Of a stretch of DNA of 64,000 bases, positions 50,788 through 61,045 are shown piece by piece. The stretch is taken from positions 1,376,001 through 1,440,000 of the forward strand of contig CBDEFO010000008.1 of assembly GCA_965237525.1 (NCBI GenBank), in the 5' to 3' direction. The position numbers and the translations under genes are program-made. The notes below the pieces were generated by a model. The model saw only the letters and a list, made by a program, of their open reading frames with translations. It did not search any database and had not been told where the DNA came from. The first letter of the stretch is position 1; the number at the start of each line of letters is the position of its first letter. This DNA comes from Candidatus Latescibacterota bacterium. GTDB taxonomy: Bacteria > Latescibacterota > CBDEFO01.

Positions 50788-52089
50788 GGTTGAATATCAA
50801 ATGAAATCGGTGCACCTAATTTGATCTTTGTTTAGAGTATTAGTAGATTAAGTTGAGTTGATTGTCTTAACTTTAATCTACGGAGTCCTATGGACAAAGA
50901 GAGATTGGCCGTATTAAGACAAGAAGTCAACGAGATGTATTTTAAGAAAGAAATGTCAAAGCGAGAAGTTATCAAACAAGCGAGAGTTTCCAATGATTTC
51001 GTTACGGCTTGGACTAAATCTCTGGATCAGGATTTTGCCATGGATAATCGGGGTTGGCCAAAAGGAAAAAGGCGAAAATTGGCTAAAGTTGACGAACAGA
51101 GAATCAAAGAGATTTACCATAGCTTAGAGGACGATCCTTATCAGTTCTATTCAGGAGCCACTGTTATTGAACAAGAATGGAGGAATCGATATTCTAGCAC
51201 CCCTCCTCCGTCGTTGCCGACTATCGGCAGAATGCTTTCAGATTTAGGACTTTCCCAGAGAAGGAAGAAAGGTAAAAACAAGGGTGCATCTCGTTATCTT
51301 TGTTATCCAGAGTATACCATTTACTATCTTTCAGGAGGCAGAGTCCTAGAATCAGACTTTATTGGTAAAAAGTATCTTACCGGCAGAACTGAGCCGGTCA
51401 ACTTCGTTGGATTTTCCTTTAAGAAAGAGCCTAAGTTAAGGTATTTTCGGCGGGTTGACGGTCAAACAGCAACTAACTTTATCGAGAAGTGTCAGTCTTT
51501 CTTTGACAGGTTTGAAAAACCAGATTTCGTTAAGGTGGACAATTGCTCGGCGACTATTGGCAGTGTTTCAGGTAAAAGGAATGTCAGCAAAGCAATGCAG
51601 TTTCTCTTGAAAAATCAAGTGATTCCGATATTTGCCGTTCCCAGAAGGCCCTTTTCTCAAGCATCTATAGAAGGCAACAATTCTGTATTTTCAAGGAAGT
51701 TCTGGAACAGAATTCAGTTCAAAAGCTTACAAGAAGTTGATCAGAAGTTAGAATGGTTTAATCTTTCATCACAGAGATACACCGGCTACCGTCCACCTAA
51801 GCAAGAGAAGTCAAACGAGAAAGATTTCATTCCCAAGACCTATTTTATCAGACAAGTCAAACAGGACACAGAACAGACAGATAAAGCCTTTATCGATGTC
51901 CTAAATGAGAAAGTATCTCTTCCCTCCTCTTACACCAACTACTTTGTCCTGGCTGAATGGAACCTAAAAGAAGAACAATTATACATCCATTTTGAAAAAG
52001 AACAGAAACCAAAGATTGTCGAAAACCTATCATTCAAGATCAATCAAAGATCGAAAGAGAAGTGCACCGATTTCATTTGATAAATAACC
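50788..52089 (+). mobile_element. 1302-bp insertion sequence, copy B
   Basis: Same TIRs as copy A; 6-bp duplication AGTAGG at 50782-50787 and 52090-52095. Confidence 0.95.
50890..52080 (+). CDS. Transposase (HTH + integrase-core DDE)
   Basis: Differs from 20484-21674 at three residues (P/L, Q/R, G/R). Confidence 0.88.
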   Translation: MDKERLAVLRQEVNEMYFKKEMSKREVIKQARVSNDFVTAWTKSLDQDFAMDNRGWPKGKRRKLAKVDEQRIKEIYHSLEDDPYQFYSGATVIEQEWRNRYSSTPPPSLPTIGRMLSDLGLSQRRKKGKNKGASRYLCYPEYTIYYLSGGRVLESDFIGKKYLTGRTEPVNFVGFSFKKEPKLRYFRRVDGQTATNFIEKCQSFFDRFEKPDFVKVDNCSATIGSVSGKRNVSKAMQFLLKNQVIPIFAVPRRPFSQASIEGNNSVFSRKFWNRIQFKSLQEVDQKLEWFNLSSQRYTGYRPPKQEKSNEKDFIPKTYFIRQVKQDTEQTDKAFIDVLNEKVSLPSSYTNYFVLAEWNLKEEQLYIHFEKEQKPKIVENLSFKINQRSKEKCTDFI

Positions 52090-52675
52090 AGTAGGTAGTA
52101 GACAGTAGACAGGGCAACCCCCCGTCCCCATTTCAAGCTAATGAATAGAACTCATAGATTACAATAAATATACTATCTACACATCGGAAAGTCAATTGTT
52201 TTTGCATTAAGACTGCCCGTTATGGACATCTGATACAAATTCCCCAAGTCTCATAGTAGCTCAGTTACGGGTCACTTTGGGGTCTCTCGAAGGGTTTCAC
52301 AGTAGAGGGGCACATAGACCTCATCTCATGGAACACACCCTGAGGGGAACTGTCCAAGTCGTTATTGTTGGCTCTCATAAGTACGGTTCAATAGCTAAAG
52401 GTACGATAAACGCTCTTTTTGTTCAGTTTCCGATACATAAGGGCATCCCTTACATAGACACCCGTTGCAGCAGTCTGCGCCCGATTCTGCTCACATCCAA
52501 TAGCTTGGGCATCGTCTCCAGTGGATCGTATCATGACGCAACCTCGTTATGCTTCTGCCTGATCCTCGCTCTGTCCTGATTCTCCGTTTCAACACATAGG
52601 TACCCAACGTCTAACACCTTAACTCACTCGGAAGAGCCGAATTAAACCTGCTACGGACCGAGATCACCGCTACTA

Positions 52676-53692
52676 TCAAATGCCCTTCACGCGTTCGATA
52701 AGTTGATTCAGCGGCTCCCTGAGCGAACTGAGTGCAAGCGACCGATGCTCCCTTCGGATGTGAACTCGGCTTCCTTCATTTATGATCTTATATGAAAATG
52801 AGAACTTACCTCTCTCTTGCGCCCACCCGCCGAATTGGCCGAATCTCAAGTCGTTAAAATAGTTAAAACCGCCTTTTGTGGTAATAGAGTAATATCTTTT
52901 GGAGACCCAAATGAGCCGATCTACTGCCCGTTGATGTCTTATACGCTCAATGAGATGATCGTTCTTCTTAATGTATCCCAAAGTAATATCCTTATTGCTA
53001 TCCAGCAGAGAGTAGTGTCCCACCCAGAAACCATTTTCGTCTTCAAACACACCACTCCAGAGGATATTATTTAACGGAGTCGGCGTCGTAAAGTATCTGT
53101 CATACGAGATGTTCTGTCTTGCAAGCGACACTTCAAATACCGAGTTCACATAGAATTTGTTGATAACCGTAAAGATGAGATATAAACTGCTTAACCCGAG
53201 TCCGATATAGTTCAATATCCGTCTCTTCTTAGATGTCCGTCTGAGGAACATCACCATAATCACACATAGCAAAAATGGCACAGTATATAGAGGATCGATA
53301 ATAAAAATAGTGTTGAAAGCTACGCGATATTCACTAAACGGTTCAAAAAGCTGTGTGCCGTAAGTTGTAAAACAATCCAACATTGGATGCGTGATTATCG
53401 AACAGAAGGTTAATTTCGTCCATTCACTCCAGGTAGCCTCCTTTCTACCGTGAATTCTAATTGTCAAATACGCCAGGAGAGGTGCAAAGAGTATTGCAAA
53501 TGCGATAGAATGAGAATATCCCCTGTGGGATGTCAACCTCTGGACAGAATCCAAAAAAGGCATTGCCAGGATATCCAAATCGGGGATCGCTGCGGCGACT
53601 CCGCCCCAGAGGATAGCTTTGTTCCCAACTTTTCTACCTAAAACCGCTTCGCCGACCCCCGCGCCGAGTGTGATTTGGGTTAAAGTGTCCAT
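52676..53692 (-). CDS. Membrane-bound metal-dependent hydrolase (YdjM/DUF457-like)
   Basis: MDTLTQ, PDLD, HRGYSHS, HPMLD..T.YG. Confidence 0.9.
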   Translation of the reverse strand: MDTLTQITLGAGVGEAVLGRKVGNKAILWGGVAAAIPDLDILAMPFLDSVQRLTSHRGYSHSIAFAILFAPLLAYLTIRIHGRKEATWSEWTKLTFCSIITHPMLDCFTTYGTQLFEPFSEYRVAFNTIFIIDPLYTVPFLLCVIMVMFLRRTSKKRRILNYIGLGLSSLYLIFTVINKFYVNSVFEVSLARQNISYDRYFTTPTPLNNILWSGVFEDENGFWVGHYSLLDSNKDITLGYIKKNDHLIERIRHQRAVDRLIWVSKRYYSITTKGGFNYFNDLRFGQFGGWAQERGKFSFSYKIINEGSRVHIRREHRSLALSSLREPLNQLIERVKGI

Positions 53693-53721
53693 GCTTTGGT
53701 TTTACGAAAGTCTCCAGAGCA

Positions 53722-54531
53722 TCAGGGCTTGTCCTCATCATGCAGCCATCGGACTCCTCCGGGCCATCCCCGAATGGACATCTGTAGGAGAGACCAGTAG
53801 TAGCCGTTGACCGGACTTATCGTGTAGTCGCAGTCTTCTCGGTCCCAGACAGAATAGTTCGCGATAGCTGTATTTCTGAATTGACTTAACCTGCTACCCA
53901 AATCTTGATGACTCCTCCATTCCGCTTCGATCAGATTAGGCTGATTCCTCAACTCCCATGTCGAAACTGGTTTCCCCTCCGAATCCCTGTAGATCAAGCC
54001 ATGCGTCGGGTCTACCGCTCCCCAGATACCGCTTCGATTCACCTCGATGATCTGGTGTCCGCTGTACGCCATGTCCGTGTCGTATATCATAATCAAACGC
54101 GCCGGGAATCCTGCCACCTGACAGAGAGCACATCCAACCCTCGCCAAATCGGTGCACCAGTCAGAGCCGCGATGGATGATCTGCTCCTCAGTCCCTCCGA
54201 ATCGCATCTCGTCCAGTTCATCGCTTACGCTCTTTCCCAGGTCAGAGCAGAATCTGGCAATCTTTTCAACCCGTTCCTCATCCGAACCGCACTCAGCCAT
54301 TGCCTCCTCCACATAGCATTCTAACTCGGGTCGCGAACCCCTTTGGTACCTCACCTGTGTTGACGTGTATTCTCCGTAAAGATAAGCGGCGGTTTGGGGA
54401 CACAGTCGAATCATGAGTGCTGCTAAGGCACGATCTACTGAACCGGGGGCATGGGTATCGTTTTCCAGCATGATCTGATACGCACGGTCGAATTGACCGA
54501 TGCCCTGGTAGAAAGAGAAATCTATCATCAA
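53722..54531 (-). CDS. Transglutaminase-like domain protein
   Basis: WCTDLAR...GFPAR...GHQIIEV...WGAVDPT (Cys-His-Asp triad). Confidence 0.85.
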   Translation of the reverse strand: MMIDFSFYQGIGQFDRAYQIMLENDTHAPGSVDRALAALMIRLCPQTAAYLYGEYTSTQVRYQRGSRPELECYVEEAMAECGSDEERVEKIARFCSDLGKSVSDELDEMRFGGTEEQIIHRGSDWCTDLARVGCALCQVAGFPARLIMIYDTDMAYSGHQIIEVNRSGIWGAVDPTHGLIYRDSEGKPVSTWELRNQPNLIEAEWRSHQDLGSRLSQFRNTAIANYSVWDREDCDYTISPVNGYYWSLLQMSIRGWPGGVRWLHDEDKP

Positions 54532-54537
54532 ACTTTC

Positions 54538-54954
54538 TCACTCTCCCATCACCTGAACGAAAAGTTTCCGCAAGCGCGGGCGATTATCATGATCAATCAG
54601 GACAATTTGCTGCCAAGTTCCCAGAACGACGGCACCTCCGGAGACCGGCGCTGTGATCCCAGGTCCCATAAATGTCGCACGAATATGGGAGAAACCGTTG
54701 TCGTCCCCCCATGTTTCGGAATGACGGCTGTGTAGAGTTCTTGGCACAATCTTTTCTAACTGTTCCTTTACATCTTCAACCAATGCAGGTTCGTACTCGA
54801 TCGTAGAAATTGAGGCAGTGGAGCCTACCACGAAGATATTAACCAAGCCATTTTCGATTTTGGATTTTGAAACAATCTTCTGAACTTCATCGGTGATATT
54901 TTTGATATCTGAATATCCCTCGGATTGAATCGAAAAACTCTCCCCAAAGACCAT
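54538..54954 (-). CDS. yjbQ: YjbQ/UPF0047 family protein
   Basis: GSTASISTIEYE, NGFSH, LGTWQQI; AGGAGG RBS before ATG 54954. Confidence 0.9.
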   Translation of the reverse strand: MVFGESFSIQSEGYSDIKNITDEVQKIVSKSKIENGLVNIFVVGSTASISTIEYEPALVEDVKEQLEKIVPRTLHSRHSETWGDDNGFSHIRATFMGPGITAPVSGGAVVLGTWQQIVLIDHDNRPRLRKLFVQVMGE

Positions 54955-55416
54955 TTTCCCCTCCTTAAAATGTGCGTGACTCTGTGCAGGCAGTTTGTCA
55001 GTTCTCGTTCCACACTGCTGCAAATCGACACGACCTCAGTAACCCGCGTGAATATCCGCTACGTGCACGAACGTCCAAAGGGGCGCTCTCTTGCCCCCCT
55101 TTCTTTCCCACGAAACGTTCTTCGCCCACCTTACTGGTGGCTTCTTGCCTCCCGCAGCAAAGGGGCCACACAACCCACTTCGTCACTTGCCGGCACTCCG
55201 TGATCCTTAGGAAAAGTACCGGAAGCAGCGCACACGCAGCGACCACACCGGCTTTTGAGGGAGACCCCTGGCAGGTTGATTTCTATTCAAGGTCCAAAAT
55301 GCGAAGGGCTTTGTAGCGACAGGGTGGTGTTAAATGACGGGGAGGTCTATAGATCGCAGAACGACAATGAGGCGACAGACTACGTCTCCCAATAGAACTT
55401 AGGTTCTTTTTGCTTT

Positions 55417-55668
55417 TTATTCAACAGCAGGCTCTTCGCTCACCGGAGTGACCATGCAGGTACAGCGTGTGAATCCCGGAAGGAGGAATTTGTTGACTAC
55501 GTTCAGGCTGTCCGCCTCCACGACGTAGTAGATCACGTGCTCGGCAAAGGCTCCATATCTCGCTCGGATCTTAACACCTTCCACATTGGGGTCATACAGT
55601 ATCTTTGAACCGCCTTCGTCTCTGGGACAGCTCTCGGGAGCGTGGGTCTGCGTGATATGAAATAGCAT
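55417..55668 (-). CDS. Small hypothetical protein (ferredoxin-like fold pattern)
   Basis: HAPESCP...EHVIYYVVEADS; AGGAGG RBS. Confidence 0.75.
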   Translation of the reverse strand: MLFHITQTHAPESCPRDEGGSKILYDPNVEGVKIRARYGAFAEHVIYYVVEADSLNVVNKFLLPGFTRCTCMVTPVSEEPAVE

Positions 55669-55968
55669 CTTACACCTCCTTTGAAAGATGGGTTGAGTTG
55701 CTGAAACGTAAAAGCCGCCTGCCCTGACAGCCACGGGAGCCGTCCCAAGACAGGCGACCGTTATATAAATCGATCAGATTCGCAGCAAGGTCTTCATATT
55801 CGTCTATAGGGTCTTTCTTATATCCGCTGACATAACTTATTTAGACCTTAACAGTTGCATTCAGCTTGTGCATACTGATCCCCCCTTGTCCTTTAACTGA
55901 GCAGACAAGCACAGAGCCATGACAAGCTACAGACTAACAAGGAACCTCACTTCAGACTCCAGTAAATT

Positions 55969-56232
55969 CTAATCATCATCATCATCATCATCACCCGGAG
56001 GTGGCGGAGGCGGTGGAGGAACGTTAGAAACTCTCCCTTTACCTTTACCTTTACCCTTACCTTTAGCGTTGGCTTCGGCAGGCTCGTCCAAGACGAACGT
56101 CAGTATGACAGGCGCTACGTACGGCAAGAGGACGACGCCTGTCTTTATAAACTTTCGGCGACTGCTCGACTTGTTCGTCCCTTTGCTCTGATCGGAACTC
56201 TCCTCTTCAGTCCCCTGTAAGTCCTTATCCAT
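55969..56232 (-). CDS. Small Tat-motif/YVAP peptide with block low-complexity tail
   Basis: SRRKFIK...YVAPVILT...(KG)5 RVSNV P8 G D7; GGAGG RBS. Confidence 0.75.
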   Translation of the reverse strand: MDKDLQGTEEESSDQSKGTNKSSSRRKFIKTGVVLLPYVAPVILTFVLDEPAEANAKGKGKGKGKGRVSNVPPPPPPPPGDDDDDDD

Positions 56233-56810
56233 ATTTAGCCTCCCAATACGGTTTCACACATTGCAACATATTCCTGTTCCTGTAAGAGCAAAAACATCCT
56301 TATCAGGCCATAAGTTAAGTGAAAATCGAAGAATTTCGAACCTTACTACCCAGAAATAATGCTCGAACCTTGAGTACAATATAAGAATAAGAGACATATT
56401 GTCAAGGGAAAATGGCACTGTTGCTTTTTGATTGATTTTTACGCTTCCCTTTCGAAGTTCAAACTATATGTAGTGCTATAGTAGTACTAAGATCGAACTA
56501 TTCAAACTTTTGTTCAGTGACCCTGGTCACATTTTCATTAAGACAAGTTGCATCAAAATTCTATTTTCCCCTGTGCGCCCGGGTCTTACGTGCAACACAT
56601 GTTTAGAGCAACTACTAGTAGAAGGTCCTTAAGTTCAAAAGGGGAGCATTTGTTGTATTTGAGGAGATCACCCAACTGGAGTTTCTCACTGTTCAATTTT
56701 GCCATAATAACTGGAAAGGACCAAACAAAAAACGGTTGCTTTAAAGCAGAAATTAACGTATTTTTGATATAGGAAAGGAACATTGCAATATTCTTATACT
56801 CTTCGAGGAG

Positions 56811-57521
56811 ATGATCATTGTGATCAAGGCTGTGATATTTGACCTGGACAATACGTTAGTGGACTTTATGCGGATGAAGGAGAACTCCGTAGATGCGGCC
56901 TGTGACGCTATGATCGACGCGGGGCTTAATATGCCTAAAGAGCAGGTAAGGGAAGAACTCTACAGGATATACGACGAGAAGGGGATCGAGTTTCAAAATG
57001 TCTTCGACGATTTCTTGACCGAAACGTTGGGAGAAATCGATTATAAGATTCACGCTGCGGGGATTGTGGCCTACAGGAGAGCAAGGGAGGCGGCGCTGGT
57101 GCTCTATCCTCACGTGAACTCGACGCTTATGGAATTGGCAAAGCTAGGAATAAAGCTTGCCGTGCTCTCTGATGCGCCTCGCCTCCAGGCATGGCTTCGA
57201 CTCTGCCAGCTTCAACTTCATCACACTTTTGACTCTGTAATCACATTCGACGATACGGGGGTGACCAAACCTCATCCCGTTCCCTTCAAAAAGGCCCTTG
57301 AGCTTTTGAGTATCGAGCCTGATGAGGCCTTGATGGTGGGAGATTGGCCCGAGAGGGACATGGTAGGAGCACACAGCGTTGGCATAAAGACTGTCTTTGC
57401 ACGGTACGGTGACACCTTCGACGGCAAGGATGCCGGAGCTGATTATGACATAGATGATATCAGCCAGATCGTAGACATTGTAGAAAAAGAGAATAGAAGT
57501 GGAGCGCCCACGGCAAGTTGA
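56811..57521 (+). CDS. HAD-superfamily hydrolase (subfamily IA)
   Basis: FDLDNTL, KP, VGD..ERD. Confidence 0.92.
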   Translation: MIIVIKAVIFDLDNTLVDFMRMKENSVDAACDAMIDAGLNMPKEQVREELYRIYDEKGIEFQNVFDDFLTETLGEIDYKIHAAGIVAYRRAREAALVLYPHVNSTLMELAKLGIKLAVLSDAPRLQAWLRLCQLQLHHTFDSVITFDDTGVTKPHPVPFKKALELLSIEPDEALMVGDWPERDMVGAHSVGIKTVFARYGDTFDGKDAGADYDIDDISQIVDIVEKENRSGAPTAS

Positions 57522-57907
57522 CTTTGATGAACAATTCCATAGGCATAGACATCGCAGAGGTTAAAAGGATCAAAGACCTCGTCCAAAGATGGGAAGGTAG
57601 GTTCGTAAATCGCGTATTCACACAAAATGAAGCAGAGTATTGTTTCAAAAAGGGCGAAGTCTATAGATCATTAGCAGCTCGTTTCGCAGCCAAGGAGGCG
57701 GCGTTTAAGGCTTTAGGGAGTGGATGGGGACAGGGAGTCGGATGGAAAGATGTGGAAATTGTAAGCAAAAATGGTTCTAAACCGCAAATGGTGTTCCACG
57801 GCAGGGCAAAAGAGATGGTCGGAAATAGAGAAGTAACGATGAGCCTTTCTCACACCGAAAACTACGCCGTCGCCGTGGTGCTTATTCAAAATGTCCAGGA
57901 AAGATGA
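57518..57907 (+). CDS. acpS: Holo-ACP synthase
   Basis: GIDI, ARFAAKEAAFKALG, SLSH. Confidence 0.95.
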   Translation: MTLMNNSIGIDIAEVKRIKDLVQRWEGRFVNRVFTQNEAEYCFKKGEVYRSLAARFAAKEAAFKALGSGWGQGVGWKDVEIVSKNGSKPQMVFHGRAKEMVGNREVTMSLSHTENYAVAVVLIQNVQER

Positions 57908-57982
57908 GATTATAAGTATTCGGACATTGTATCTTATCTGTCTGTGAAACAGACCTATAACCCGAGAAGGAGGTGGGGTGTC

Positions 57983-58768
57983 GTGACCGACGACGAAAAG
58001 TATTTGTTCGACCTGACGGGTTATCTCATCATCCCAGAGGTGCTGACGTCCGAGGAGGTGGAGTCCTGCAACACCGCCATCGATCATCACATTGACCAGC
58101 TTACGGAGTACCCCAGATCGCTGGCGTTTGAGTCTAATACATTGGCAGGTAGTTCACACCGGAAGGATATTGGTGGAATGCTGGCATGGGAGCGTCCATG
58201 GTGTGAACCGTTCCGGGACATTCTGGTGCACCCGCGCATCGTGCCCTACTTCAATGTCATCCTGGGAGAGGGCTATCGGCTGGATCATGGGCCAGGCGTA
58301 ATTGCGATGGACGAGGGCACCGAGGGCCACTGCCTGCACGGCGGTGGTGTAGAGTGCTCCAACTTTTCGCAGGCTTACTCCTTCAAGAACGGGTGCATCT
58401 ACTGCGGGCTAACAGTTGTGGAGTTTATGCTGGCAGACGAAGGGCCGGGAGATGGCGGACTGGCGTTAATTCCGGGCAGCCACAAGGCGAACCTCCCCTG
58501 CCCGCAGAACTTGAAGTTTTATGAGAGGTATCAGCAGTATGTGATGGAGGCCCACGCTAAAGCAGGCGACGCGGTGATCTTTACGGAGGCCCTGACGCAC
58601 GGCGCGCTGCCGTGGAAGGGCAAGCACCAGCGCCGCGCGCTGCTTTACAAGTTCAGTCCGGGGTTTCAGGCTTACGGCAAGTACGCCCACGAAATTTCAT
58701 TCCCCGACTATATTCTGGACATGACAGAGGAGCAGCGTGCAGTGATAGAGCCGCCGCACATCCGCTGA
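57983..58768 (+). CDS. Phytanoyl-CoA dioxygenase family protein
   Basis: YLFDLTGYL, LHGG, IPGSHK, EALTHG, RR. Confidence 0.88.
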   Translation: MTDDEKYLFDLTGYLIIPEVLTSEEVESCNTAIDHHIDQLTEYPRSLAFESNTLAGSSHRKDIGGMLAWERPWCEPFRDILVHPRIVPYFNVILGEGYRLDHGPGVIAMDEGTEGHCLHGGGVECSNFSQAYSFKNGCIYCGLTVVEFMLADEGPGDGGLALIPGSHKANLPCPQNLKFYERYQQYVMEAHAKAGDAVIFTEALTHGALPWKGKHQRRALLYKFSPGFQAYGKYAHEISFPDYILDMTEEQRAVIEPPHIR

Positions 58769-58846
58769 TGATGCATATAAAAAGCGTATAAGTTGTTCCT
58801 ATATACCTACTTATAGTGTTTTACATTTTCCCAAGGGCAATCAGAC

Positions 58847-60456
58847 GTGAAGCTGGTGACAGGAAAACAGATGGCAAATATAGACAGGCGATCCATAGTG
58901 GGTATGGGAGTTTTGGGACTGGACCTTATGGAAAGGGCGGGCCAGGGAGTATACAGGGCTGTGGAGGATATTTTAAGCGATGTGAGAGACAAGAAAGCCG
59001 TCATAGTGTGCGGAAAAGGAAATAACGGGGGGGACGGATTTGTGGTGGGAAGACTGCTTAGGGAGAACGGAGCTAATCCATCTGCGTTTCTGCTTGGCAA
59101 AGTGGGGGAAGTTAAGGGAGATGCTCTGACGAATCTGAAAAGGGCTGCTGATCTGGATGTGGATATTGAGGAAGTTGTGGAGCCAGAGGCTACCAGAGCC
59201 TTAAAGGACGCGCTCGAAGATGCAGACGTAGTCATAGATGGCATATTCGGGACGGGAATAAAGGGCGAGGTAACGGGTCTTGCGGCTTATGCAATAGAGT
59301 CTATAAATAGCAGCGGAAAGCCTGTGGTAGCTGTAGATGTACCGTCGGGGTTGGATGCAGACACCGGAAAATTTGAAGGGATGTGCGTGAGTGCCAACAT
59401 TACTGTCACATTCGGGCTTCCGAAAGTGGGTCACTTCTTCTATCCGGGGAGAGGTTTATGCGGGGAATTGAGGGTCGTGGACATAGGTCTCCCCGTGGCG
59501 GAGATACAGCAGGAGGAACCTTTTCTTCATCTGATCGAACCTCTGGATGTGGCAAAGATTATGCCCGTTCGGGCGCCAGATGCTCACAAAGGAGACTGCG
59601 GAAGAGTTGCGGTAGTAGCCGGGTCATTGGGAATGACGGGAGCGGCGGCGTTGACTTCCACGTCTGCGGTCAGGATGGGCGCAGGGCTTGTGACGCTCGG
59701 AATCCCTGAGGGATTAAACGATATTATGGAGGTCAAGCTGACAGAAGTGATGACCAGGCCCCTTCCACAGGTTAGAAAGCGCAGATGCCTGGCCTTGAGG
59801 GCCCTGGGCGAAATCAGAAGGATGCTGAAAGGAGCAGATTGTTTGGCGTTGGGTCCCGGCATCTCGACGTACAGAGAGACGGTCGAATTGGTAAAAAGGA
59901 TAGTAAGCGACCTGCACATCCCTGCTGTAATAGATGCCGATGGGCTTAACGCTTTAAGCGGTGACCCCTCGCCACTGAAAGAGGCAAAAGCCTCTATAGT
60001 TATCACACCCCATCCGGGGGAATTCAGAAGATTGACAGCGGGAAAACTTGAAGATTATCAGGTGGATAGAATAGATACGGCTCGATCCTTCGCCTGTAAG
60101 TTCAACGTTACAGTAGTTCTAAAGGGTGTTCCGACTCTGGTGGCTCGGCCCGATGGCAGCGTGTTTGTAAATTCCTCGGGAAACGCTGGAATGGCCACAG
60201 GGGGCTCGGGAGACGTACTGACGGGAGTCATTGCCGCCATAATCGGAGGTGGAGTTGATCCTCCAAACGCTGCAGTTGCGGGAGTCTATCTGCACGGTCT
60301 TGCTGGAGATCTTGCTGCAGATGTCAAGGAGATTTGGGGCTTAGGGCCGGAGATATTGTGGATTTTCTTCCCGATGCGACCCAAGAGGTATATGGAATAT
60401 TAAAATCGAATCCGAATCCAGATTGGGGAGTTAAAATGTATGGACGCACTTCGTAA
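58847..60456 (+). CDS. nnr: Bifunctional NAD(P)H-hydrate epimerase/dehydratase (NnrE-NnrD), apparent frameshift near 60344
   Basis: GNNGGDG, VDVPSG, DADGL, TPHPGE, GGSGDVL; the expected AGDIVDFLP continues in a shifted frame to TAA 60456, while the called ORF stops at 60403. Confidence 0.9.
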
Positions 60457-60521
60457 CCTTGCCTCTTCTCTTGCGTTATACTACATTATGATAGTTATGC
60501 TTATCCTTACGGAGTTCAAAT

Positions 60522-61040
60522 ATGAATAGAGTCAGAGATGCTATTGACGAGATGATTGAAGAATCATATCTTCTGGGGTTGACGGATGAGGAGATATGGG
60601 ACGACCTGACCCTGTTTTTATCCTGCTGCGAAAGGGTAATAAAAAGAGAGGTCAAGGACAAAGAGACGATCAATCTCCTTGAGAAGAAGTTGTCCTCCGT
60701 AAGGGTCAGCACTCTGATCAAGAACAAGTTTGATCCTAACGAGTCAAAGAGTACGTTAAAGGAAGATGGTACCTTAAAGTCTTCTCACGAAGTCCTGGCC
60801 GAAAGAGTGTCTCTAAATAAAAGACTGATCTTAGAGGCCTTTGGCAAGTGCGATCTTAAATTCGTGAGTATGATCGAGTCAGAACGATACCGTGCGAGCC
60901 CACAGCCCGGCGCCTCCAAGCGGAAAAGGGGAAGGTACACCGGAGGGGTCAAGCTGTGGGCTTACAAGGTAATCTATATAGCGGCTGTGGTTGCTCTCTT
61001 TCTGCTTATTTACCTGATCCTGATACAATTGTGGCGATAG
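60522..61040 (+). CDS. Hypothetical protein with C-terminal TM helix
   Basis: 172-aa ORF with GGAG RBS, in operon context. Confidence 0.7.
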   Translation: MNRVRDAIDEMIEESYLLGLTDEEIWDDLTLFLSCCERVIKREVKDKETINLLEKKLSSVRVSTLIKNKFDPNESKSTLKEDGTLKSSHEVLAERVSLNKRLILEAFGKCDLKFVSMIESERYRASPQPGASKRKRGRYTGGVKLWAYKVIYIAAVVALFLLIYLILIQLWR

Positions 61041-61045
61041 CTTCT

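Noticed and set aside
20382..52089. Composite transposon bounded by the two IS copies
   Set aside because: Outer flanks (ATTAGC, AGTAGG) differ, copy B has its own duplication, and the interval contains core-type genes and a tRNA
52277..52579. 100-aa plus-strand ORF
   Set aside because: TTG start without a clear RBS and no motifs; probably decayed sequence
56240..56800. Short ORFs in an AT-rich gap
   Set aside because: No recognisable motifs; treated as a divergent promoter region or decayed DNA
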